Below are positions 20,196-28,035 of a stretch of 64,000 nucleotides of DNA, one piece after another. Source of the stretch: Thermoanaerobaculia bacterium (GTDB lineage Bacteria > Acidobacteriota > Thermoanaerobaculia > Multivoradales > Multivoraceae). Position 1 is the stretch's first letter, and each line of letters begins with the position of its first letter. The notes beneath the pieces are model-generated. The model saw only the letters and a program-made list of their open reading frames with translations, was not told the origin of the DNA and made no database searches. The DNA lies in assembly GCA_963664405.1 (NCBI GenBank), contig OY761158.1, positions 5,024,001 to 5,088,000 on the forward strand, given 5' to 3'. Both the position numbers and the translations under genes were made by a program.

Positions 20196-20600
20196 CAGGC
20201 TTGAACGTAGATCAGTCGCTGGAAGAGGTGGCCAGCAGACCCTTCATCTGGCGACGGACAACCGCCTTTCGCCGCGTAAGGAACTCGCCCGTTACGTCTA
20301 GATAGGCGTCGTTCTCGACCCCGTACCCCCTCGCGACCCGGCGATAGTAGGCGTAGCGCTCGGCGAGGAAATCGTCGCTCAGACGGTGGTCGAGTATCTC
20401 CTCGAGCGCCGAAGCGACGCGACGGCGAAACTCGGGGCTCCCTCTCCACAGACGGCGCAGCAGAATCGCCCGCAGCTCCTTGACGGGGGTGCGAAAGCGC
20501 ACGATCGAAAGAGCGCCGAGAAGGCCCAGCGACAGCGGCAGAGAGAACTGGATGCAGATGAAGATGGCCGTAATCGACAGACCCAATAGCCGGAAAGCCC
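20196..20600 (-). pseudogene. Internally deleted DUF4956-CotH paralog remnant (in-frame fusion)
   Basis: About 20475-20600 matches 38466-38590; 20196-20475 matches 40182-40461. Confidence 0.85.
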
Positions 20601-20676
20601 TCGTCCCGAACCAACGCCGGCCCCCAAGGCCGGAACAGGGGAGGTGAGCTCGCTTGACTCGGGCCTTCTAATGTGT

Positions 20677-20718
20677 GGCACCTATAACAACAGCAGCGGC
20701 ACCTATAACAACAGCAGC
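20677..20718. repeat. 21-bp perfect tandem duplication GGCACCTATAACAACAGCAGC x2
   Basis: Read directly from sequence. Confidence 0.9.
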
Positions 20719-20810
20719 GTGGAAATGAGGAGTATCATTCCCACCAGCTACACAACATCGGAGCTAGAGAGTAGAACGCCGTCACCTTCGCAGCTCTTAG
20801 GGAGCACGAC

Positions 20811-23282
20811 ATGAAGCAAGCTCTGTTCATTCTGTTGTTCGTCACTCCCCATGCCTGGGCCCAACAATCGGGGACATTCCGCTTTGAGGACGTCGGCTCG
20901 CGGAATCTGCCCCCTGCGGAGATCGCCGGCGAGGTAGAGAGCGAGCGAGTCAGCCCGCCCGAGATGACCGGCGACTGGCCCTCGATCGCCTCCGCGCCTG
21001 ACGGCGGTGCCTGGATCGCCTGGGTCGAATGGGACGCCGCCAAGAGCGACCGTGTCGTGGTGCGCCATCGCGACGCAAGCGGAAGCTGGGGCGAGCTCAT
21101 CGAGATCCGCGACGGTCATTGGGATCATTATCTGCCGGCCATCGTCGCCACCCCGAGCGGGGCGCTGGTCGCCTGGTCGGCGCAGGTCGACGGTGGCTAC
21201 GACCTCTTCGCCACCACCGTCTCGAACAGCAGCGAAGTCGGAAGGATCGAGACCCTCTCGTCGATGGAACACGGCGACTTCCACGTTCGCCTGGCCGCCG
21301 ACTCGAGGGGTCGTGTCACCGCCGTCTGGCAGTCCTTCGGCAACCGCAACGCCGACATCTACGCTCGCAGGCTCACTGACGGCGTCTGGGGACCGAGCGT
21401 TCGCATCTCGACTTCGAGCGCCTCCGACTGGGAGCCCTCGCTGGACCTCGACTCCAGCGGTAGAGCGTGGATCTCATGGGACACCTACCACGCGGGGAAC
21501 TACGACGTTCTGCTTGCATCCTTCGACGGCCAGAGTGCCGGGGAGCCTGTTCCCATCGCAACCGGTGCCGAGGCACAGTTCCACTCGAGTGTGGCGGTCG
21601 ACGCGATCGATCGCATCTGGGTGGGCTATGACACCGCCGGCCGCAACTGGGGCAAGGACTTCTCCACTTCGGGAGGCGTCGAGGGTAGCGAGGGTCTCCA
21701 TGCCCGACGGGGTCTGGGCGTCCGCGTCTACAAGAACGGCAGGGTCTTCGAGCCGCAGGCGGATGTCCGCGACATTCTGACCGGCCGTATGAGCATCTTC
21801 GCCGAGCTGCCTACGATCTCGATCGACGGCAAAGGGTCGACCTGGTTGATCTTCCGCCATTGGACCCTCGAGAAGCCTCACGAGATGTACCACGTCTACG
21901 CGACCCGACTCGCCGAGAACGGATGGACGACACCGGTACGACTCACCAACAGCGCGGGACGCAACACGCAGCACACCTCGGTCGCGACTCAGCCTGATGG
22001 CTCGCTTGTGGCGGCGTATGCGAGCGACCTGCGCTCCCCTGAGAACCTGCCTCGAAGCCAGTCCCACTCTCTGCACTACAACGTCTTCGTCGCGGAGTTG
22101 GAGGCTGGGTCGGCAGGTGGAGGCCCCGCGCTCGAAGAGGTGGAAGTAGCGGCACCGGTTGCCGGCTTCGAAGTACGCCAGCGGGCGAAGATGACGGTCG
22201 ACGGCAAGACCTACACTCTGCTCCTCGGTGACTGCCACCGGCATACCGACATCCGGGGCCACTCGGGATTCGACGCCTCGACCGAGGACACCTATCGTTA
22301 CGCCATTGACGCCGCACAGCTCGACTACGTCGGCCCCAGCGACCACAACGCCGTGGTCGGCGGGCGGTGGCCCGACGGTCTGCGCGACTACAGCTGGTGG
22401 TATCAACAAAAGCTGGTCGATGTCTACAGCCATGAGCCGCGCTTTTGGGGGATTTACACCTACGAGCATTCGATGGTACGTCCCGGAGGTCACCGCAACG
22501 TCCTATTGTTGAAGCGAGGCGCTCCTTTGCGTCCGATCGATCGCGAAAAGGGCCTCGACGCGCCAGACAACTCTCCGCCGGTTCTCTGGGACTGGGCGAG
22601 GAAAAACGTGCTCACCCAGCAGGGGCAGAAGATGGTGATCGTCCCTCATACTTTCGCCTCAGGTCCCCTGGCCGACTGGAACTGGCAGAACCCGGAGTTC
22701 GACTGTCTGCTCGAGATCTACCAGGGCGCCCGCGGCAGCTTCGAGCGGTGGCGCCTACCCAAGACCGAGCTCCGCGGCGTAACCCAGACCGACGACCCGG
22801 GCCACTTCGCCGTGGACGCTCTCGACAAGGGCAATATCTATGGCTTCGTATCCTTCAGCGATCACGGCTCTACCCACAACTCGTGGGCTGCCATCTGGGC
22901 CGTCGAAGAGACTCGAGAGGCTCTCTTCGACGCCATGCTGGCGCGCCGCACTTACGCTGCCACTGACGAGATCATCCTCAAGGTGTCCGCCGACGGCCAC
23001 AATATGGGCGAGCAGTTCGTTACCGCCGTCGAGAGGCCGCTCGAGATCTCGATCGACATCGAAGCCCTCGACGAGATCCTTCGGGTCGACGTCATCAAGA
23101 ACGGAGAGTACGTCTACACCCAACGGCCTGGAGGTCGAAGCGCACAGCTGTCCTACCGCGACTCGACACCCGCCGCCGGCGACAGCTACTACTACGTGCG
23201 GGTCTTTCAGCGCGATCCCGACAACCCGTCGGGCGATCCCGAGATCGCCTGGGGCTCGCCATTCTTCGTGAAGTACGAGTAG
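20811..23282 (+). CDS. Exported protein: beta-propeller repeats plus PHP-like/DUF3604-type metallohydrolase domain
   Basis: Signal peptide; GDCHRHT, SDH, YE, GHRNV, PH, FSDH.S, RRTYAAT, YYYVRV.Q, AWGSP. Confidence 0.8.
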   Translation: MKQALFILLFVTPHAWAQQSGTFRFEDVGSRNLPPAEIAGEVESERVSPPEMTGDWPSIASAPDGGAWIAWVEWDAAKSDRVVVRHRDASGSWGELIEIRDGHWDHYLPAIVATPSGALVAWSAQVDGGYDLFATTVSNSSEVGRIETLSSMEHGDFHVRLAADSRGRVTAVWQSFGNRNADIYARRLTDGVWGPSVRISTSSASDWEPSLDLDSSGRAWISWDTYHAGNYDVLLASFDGQSAGEPVPIATGAEAQFHSSVAVDAIDRIWVGYDTAGRNWGKDFSTSGGVEGSEGLHARRGLGVRVYKNGRVFEPQADVRDILTGRMSIFAELPTISIDGKGSTWLIFRHWTLEKPHEMYHVYATRLAENGWTTPVRLTNSAGRNTQHTSVATQPDGSLVAAYASDLRSPENLPRSQSHSLHYNVFVAELEAGSAGGGPALEEVEVAAPVAGFEVRQRAKMTVDGKTYTLLLGDCHRHTDIRGHSGFDASTEDTYRYAIDAAQLDYVGPSDHNAVVGGRWPDGLRDYSWWYQQKLVDVYSHEPRFWGIYTYEHSMVRPGGHRNVLLLKRGAPLRPIDREKGLDAPDNSPPVLWDWARKNVLTQQGQKMVIVPHTFASGPLADWNWQNPEFDCLLEIYQGARGSFERWRLPKTELRGVTQTDDPGHFAVDALDKGNIYGFVSFSDHGSTHNSWAAIWAVEETREALFDAMLARRTYAATDEIILKVSADGHNMGEQFVTAVERPLEISIDIEALDEILRVDVIKNGEYVYTQRPGGRSAQLSYRDSTPAAGDSYYYVRVFQRDPDNPSGDPEIAWGSPFFVKYE

Positions 23283-23288
23283 CTCCGA

Positions 23289-23530
23289 CTACGGAAGCGG
23301 CGTCGCCACCCGCGGATCGTTGACCCCCATGTGGTCGAGAATGGCCTCGAAGCGGGGCTCGGGGCGCAGGTTGTCTAGCCAGGGATGGACCTTCGTCCAT
23401 AGAATCAGGCCGCCCTTCTGGGCTAAGGCCTCCTCCAGCCAGTGCAGGGCAGGCTCCCTGTCGTCGAGCCAGGCATAGAGAAGTGCCAGGTTGTAGGGGT
23501 GGGCTTCGCCGGCCTTCACCCGAGGCAACC
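23289..23530 (-). pseudogene. C-terminal TPR fragment (type seen on kinase/adenylate cyclase proteins)
   Basis: PYNLALLYAWL.DRE.AL.WLE.A......L.W.KVHP.LD.LR.EPRF.AIL..MG. Confidence 0.65.
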
Positions 23531-23657
23531 GCCTCTCAGCCAGCCAGCGGAAGACGGCGACCCGATGATGCGATCCACGAGCGGCAGATCCACCTGCAGA
23601 GGCTGGAGCAGCCAGAGCAGGCGGAAGAAATGGGTCGGATCTACGAGTCGGAAGGAG

Positions 23658-24196
23658 GGACTGGAACGAAGGCAACCATTACTCCCGCAACGACAACGAC
23701 CCCCACCTCACGGGCTTCGGCGGCGTCGAGGTTTCAACCGGGATTGTCAATCCCACCAGTGGCCCCCTGTGGTACGGGACCCATAGAGTGGCAGCGGGAC
23801 TACATCGTCAACGTCATCGGCATGAAGCGCTGGGTGTTCGGCAAGCATGACGTCATGACCAGTGCTGCCGTGCATGCGGCCGCCGGCGAGCAATGGGGAT
23901 TGCAGCCCTCCACCCAGGTTGCGCACCCGGAGTCCGGCCAGACCATCAACACTTTCACCTTCCGCGAGCAGAGAGGCACCAACCAGCTCGAGGACTTCTG
24001 GACGCTCAACCTGAATGCCACCTACCAGTTCCCGATCAGCGGTGGGGTGCAGGGAATTATCGGCGGCGAGGCTGCAAACGTCACCAACGAGCAGTCTCTG
24101 ATTCGGATCAACATCAGGAACGGCCGACCTAGAACCGGCCTCGACACTTTCCAGTTCACGCGGGAGTATCGCCTCAAGCTCGGTATCCGATTCTGA
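23658..24196 (+). pseudogene. Silent 3' cassette / truncated paralog of TonB-dependent receptor 28036-30726
   Basis: Aligns to 30189-30726; +1 G near 23778; no 5' part or start codon. Confidence 0.9.
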
Positions 24197-24231
24197 GCAC
24201 GTCGAAGCACGATCGGCTTAGCTGAGATTGC

Positions 24232-24269
24232 AAAACACCGGCGGCTTCGGCCGCCGGTGTTTTTCTTTT
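24232..24269 (+). terminator. Rho-independent terminator (paralog of 30762-30796)
   Basis: AAAACACCGGCGG-cttcgg-CCGCCGGTGTTTT followed by T-run. Confidence 0.85.
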
Positions 24270-24442
24270 GTACCGGGAAGCAGGCGACCGAAACCGACGG
24301 CCTTCCCGGGATCCGGGTTGCTGAGGTTGCCTTCCGAGTTCAGGTAGGGGAGCACCGAGAAATCGCGCTCGAAGGTGCGCGCCATTTCCACCTGCCACTC
24401 CGACTGGCCACCCGAGTACTCGTAGGCGTGGAACGATGTCTG

Positions 24443-25750
24443 TCAGTTGATCAAACGTAGAGCATCAACCGCCCACCCGAGATCAAAAGATTCCCCATCC
24501 CAATCGGGAAGCCCGCTCGAATCATCGACCTTGATCCCCTGCCGCTCGAGGAGGCGCAGCAGCAGCTCCAAGGGCTCACCCGCCAAGATTGGCGCCGCCG
24601 GCGCCTGCAGCATCGGTCGACCATCTGGCCAGTAGAAAGAGACCTCGCCTTCCGCGAGCTTCATCGAGAAGCCCTCCTCATGAACGGCTCTGTGATGGCG
24701 CCGACACAGTAGTACAAGGTTGTCGAGGCGAGTTTCTCCGCCGTGGGCCCAGTGTTCGATGTGATGCGCCTCGCAGAACTTGGACTGGCACCCGGGAAAG
24801 CGGCAGATCTGGTCTCTGGCATTCAAAGCACGGCGGATGGCGGGTGAGATGGTGCGTGTTTTTCGCCCAACGTCGAGGACCGTGCCGTCTCGTGCATGCC
24901 GAACCACCACTTTGCCGGCGTCGCACGCCAGCCGCTGAGACGTTCCCGCGGGAACGTGCTGCCCGTCCTCGAGCACAGAAACGCCTGAGGCTCTTTCATC
25001 CGCCAGCGTCTCGGCATCCACGTGCACGACCACCTGATAGCGATCGCCCGAAGTGCCCCGGTCGAGCTCGTGCGCGAGTGCGCTCTCGGCGAGAAGCTGG
25101 AGCGCGTCGGCCCGTCGCTGACCGATGGGGATCTCGGCCTTCTCCTCGGCCGATTCGTAGAGAGCTTCCGAAGCCGACTCCAACGCCCGCATCACCACCG
25201 CACCCGCCTCGGCATCGAGACGCCCCCTCACCACCAGCATGCCGTCCTCGTCGAAGAAGGCATCGAGCGATCGGCTCGCATGTCTTCGCTGCTCTTCTTC
25301 CTTATCCGCGATCCGATCGACCCGTCGCCACGCCCGCACCAGCCTCTCGACATGCGCGGCGCTCCCGCTGCGAGCAAAGGCGAGGAGCTCTTCTTCGTTC
25401 TCCGGCGTGGCAACCCGCGTGAGCGCCCGCACCTTCGAGTACGACAGCTCGCCTCGGCTCATCGACTCACTGAGAAGCGGCAGCTCGCCCAGCGCATGGG
25501 CAACGCGAACCTTCTCGCGCGCGGCCCCGAGGGCAAGGCCGGTGCGCCAGTTGAGCCAGTGGGCACAAGAGGCGAAGCCGACGTTCCAACCGCCGCGATC
25601 GTCGAATTGGCGAATCAGTACCAGAAGGCAGTAGTTCGCCGCCTGAATGCGGGCGGAGAGCTCTGCGATCTGTTCGCCGAGATCTTCGACTGGGCACTCG
25701 GGAAGGGGCGGAACCGGGTTGAGCGATAGGGTAGAGGGCTCTTGTCTCAT
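24443..25750 (-). CDS. DUF222 (13E12-repeat) HNH endonuclease
   Basis: SCAHWLNWR.G, G.LSYSKVRALTR, QRRADAL, RLACDA, RALNARD..CRFPGC....CEAHHI.HW..GG.T.LDNLVLLC.RHH. Confidence 0.9.
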   Translation of the reverse strand: MRQEPSTLSLNPVPPLPECPVEDLGEQIAELSARIQAANYCLLVLIRQFDDRGGWNVGFASCAHWLNWRTGLALGAAREKVRVAHALGELPLLSESMSRGELSYSKVRALTRVATPENEEELLAFARSGSAAHVERLVRAWRRVDRIADKEEEQRRHASRSLDAFFDEDGMLVVRGRLDAEAGAVVMRALESASEALYESAEEKAEIPIGQRRADALQLLAESALAHELDRGTSGDRYQVVVHVDAETLADERASGVSVLEDGQHVPAGTSQRLACDAGKVVVRHARDGTVLDVGRKTRTISPAIRRALNARDQICRFPGCQSKFCEAHHIEHWAHGGETRLDNLVLLCRRHHRAVHEEGFSMKLAEGEVSFYWPDGRPMLQAPAAPILAGEPLELLLRLLERQGIKVDDSSGLPDWDGESFDLGWAVDALRLIN

Positions 25751-26065
25751 TGGTCTCTCCAGGTCGATACAACAATCATAAACCCTGTTTTTCGAGACGT
25801 TTGAAGCCCTCTTGAGGCGGCGAATGCGGGCCGATCGAGGGCCAAGTCCTCGCCTCTTCTTCGAACGCGCCGCACAGGTGAATATAGAGGCTCTGTGGCC
25901 AGCTCAAGACGCGACATAGGACTCGGGGCGGAGTGGCCTGAAAGACCTTGTCAAGGGGATTCGGAAGAAAAGTCGAAAAAGTTTCCGACTGCGTTTCTCA
26001 ATCCCTGAGTGCAACCATCTCGCCGCGAATCATCGTCCAGATGCTCTCGTTACGGCCGCGAAGAC

Positions 26066-26096
26066 ATTCGGCTGGCACCCAAGCAGCCGAAGGCTG
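26066..26096 (-). repeat. Family A end motif
   Basis: Reverse complement CAGCCTTCGGCTGCTTGGGTGCCAGCCGAAT. Confidence 0.7.
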
Positions 26097-26097
26097 C

Positions 26098-26225
26098 GGG
26101 TTCTGTGAGCGCCGGTCGGTGGTGTCGAGATCGGTCGGGGGCTCACCGGTCTCAGCGGCCAATTGTCGCTTGCCGCGCGCCGCGTTCGAGTAGAAGCCCC
26201 AGTAACGTATGAGCTGCCCGACAGA
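26098..26225 (-). pseudogene. IS91-family (HUH/Y2) transposase C-terminal remnant
   Basis: QLIRYWGFYSNAARGKR resembles the IS91-family IRYxGxYSNxxRGKR segment. Confidence 0.6.
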
Positions 26226-26443
26226 TTGCCTGAATATTCTCGGTGCCGAGGTCAATTTCAAACAGTTATCAGGTGGGTCGAGGTTCACCTTTCCTCCGTA
26301 CCCAAAACGCCATCGTATCCAATTCATTGAATTCTGATTCAATTTTCGATATCGCCGTTCGGCCAAAAGCACAATATATAGTATCTCCGACCTTCTTACA
26401 CACAATATGTAGTTGGTATGATTTTTGCGTCTAAGACATGTTA

Positions 26444-26503
26444 GAGATCGTTAGTAATTTGAGATCGTTAGTAATCTGAGATCGTTAGTAATCTGTGTAT
26501 ACT
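26444..26503 (+). promoter_or_regulatory. 3 x 17-bp tandem repeat overlapping a putative sigma70 promoter
   Basis: GAGATCGTTAGTAAT(T/C)T x3 (26444-26494), then TATACT at 26498-26503; AT-rich context. Confidence 0.55.
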
Positions 26504-26520
26504 GCATGTCTGTTCGTCGT

Positions 26521-27884
26521 GGATGTGTCCCGTTTTTTGTGGAAATGGGTTCAGGCGTAGTCCTCCGAGTCGTCTTTTGCTAAATCCTACCGTTTACGCG
26601 GCCCTCTCAACCTCGAGCAGGAGCTGAAGCGCCCGGTAGCCGTTAATCCTTCGCAGGTGTATCTGCCCGAAGGCGACGAGCCCCCAGAGGAGCGTGACGC
26701 CGGCAGCCTCGGTGGCAAAGGAGCCCTGGGTTTTAGTGCGGCGACGAAACTCGCGGTTCAGGTTCTCCAGAGCGTTGGTCGTGCGCACCGAACTCCACAG
26801 CGATTTGGGGAGCTCGTAGAAGGTCAGTAGCTGGAACCCTGCCTCCTCAAGGCTGCGAGCCACCGCCGGGACTAGTCGCGACCACTTGGTGACGAACGCC
26901 GCGTAGGCCTTGCGGGCCTGTGCCGCGTCCTCGGCTCGTACGATCGAGTGCCAGTCACGCCGCAGCTCGTCGTGTGCGTGCACCGGGCAGTGTTTCTTCA
27001 GATTCTCCCACTTGTGTTGGACGCAGCGCTGGACTTTGACCTCAGGCCAAGCCTTCAGCGCCGCGGCCAGCCCTTTGTGGCCATCCGTGACCAGGTAGCG
27101 CGGAGCCTGAAGACCTCGGGCCTTCAGATCCTCGATCAGCCACTTCCAGTGCTCGGCGGCCTCGCTCGCGGCTAAACGTAAGGCCACCAGCACCTTGGTG
27201 CCGTCCGGAGTCACACCCAGCACCACCAGCACCGGTACCGAGACCACTCGACGGGCCAAGCGGACCTTCAGGTGAAAGCCATCGAGAAACAGAAGCACGT
27301 AGGACTCCTCCGACAGATCGCGCTCACTCCAGCGAGCAAAAAGCTCCTTCAGCCGAGACACCACACGCGAAACTGCGCTCTTGGACAGGTGCTCCTCACC
27401 CAGCAGCGGAGCCAATGCCTTCTTGATCCGGCGGCTGTTAGCGCCAGCCAGATACGCACCCAGGATCGCGTCATCGACCTCCTGCGTACGACGAGCGTAA
27501 CGCGGCACGATCGCACTGCGAAACTCTACGCTGGCCCCATCCTCGCCGACTAGCCGTCCTCGTGGAATGTCCAGTTCCTTCGACCCACACGCCGTCGTGA
27601 TCAGACGACGCTGCTTGCCGTTGCGATAGCCCGCACGCTCGCCTGAACGCTCGTAGGCGCTGCAGCCCAGCGCCTCGGACAGCTCTTCCTCGAGTGTGAT
27701 CTCGATCGCCGCACGAACACGCTCGCGTAACAACGAACGAATGTCCTGACGGAAGCGTGCAGCTTCCCCTTCCTCGTTGATATTCTCCACCATGGCGTAA
27801 TCCTCCGTTCGCCCTAACCGGCGATGTGTTTGACCACTAGGAGGTTACGCCATTCTCAATTTCCACAGCATTCGGGACGGATCC
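26521..27884 (-). mobile_element. Complete IS256-family insertion sequence
   Basis: Imperfect 26-bp IRs GGATGTGTCCCGTTTTTTGTGGAAAT / GGATCCGTCCCGAATGCTGTGGAAAT; 8-bp TSD TTCGTCGT at 26513-26520 and 27885-27892. Confidence 0.95.
26594..27793 (-). CDS. IS256-family (Mutator) DDE transposase
   Basis: YRNG, IPR.R, LFLDG, TDGH.GL, QRC.QH, RTTNALENLNREFRRRTK. Confidence 0.95.
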   Translation of the reverse strand: MVENINEEGEAARFRQDIRSLLRERVRAAIEITLEEELSEALGCSAYERSGERAGYRNGKQRRLITTACGSKELDIPRGRLVGEDGASVEFRSAIVPRYARRTQEVDDAILGAYLAGANSRRIKKALAPLLGEEHLSKSAVSRVVSRLKELFARWSERDLSEESYVLLFLDGFHLKVRLARRVVSVPVLVVLGVTPDGTKVLVALRLAASEAAEHWKWLIEDLKARGLQAPRYLVTDGHKGLAAALKAWPEVKVQRCVQHKWENLKKHCPVHAHDELRRDWHSIVRAEDAAQARKAYAAFVTKWSRLVPAVARSLEEAGFQLLTFYELPKSLWSSVRTTNALENLNREFRRRTKTQGSFATEAAGVTLLWGLVAFGQIHLRRINGYRALQLLLEVERAA

Positions 27885-28035
27885 TTCGTCGTCAACCACC
27901 GCCAAGTAGGCACAGTGTGTCTTTAGATAGGGAGAGTCTCTAGACAAGTTAGCAGTTTCCATCGCGCGGCCCGGCGGCGGCCTTCCACAGGAGACCCCGA
28001 TTCAACCGGGTCGCAAGACTCTGGAGGAAAGCATC

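Noticed and set aside
5932-20718. Integron attC cassette array
   Set aside because: Some TAAC/GTTAG words occur near family A, but there is no consistent RYYYAAC...GTTRRRY pairing, gene orientation is mixed and there is no intI
24443-25950. RNA-guided nuclease (IscB/Cas9-like) with an associated ncRNA
   Set aside because: The protein is DUF222-HNH with no RuvC or PLMP motifs; no supportable ncRNA, and downstream 24270-24443 reads as another coding fragment
26444-26494. CRISPR array or plasmid iterons
   Set aside because: No spacers, no cas genes and no rep gene; the same holds for 20677 and 54453
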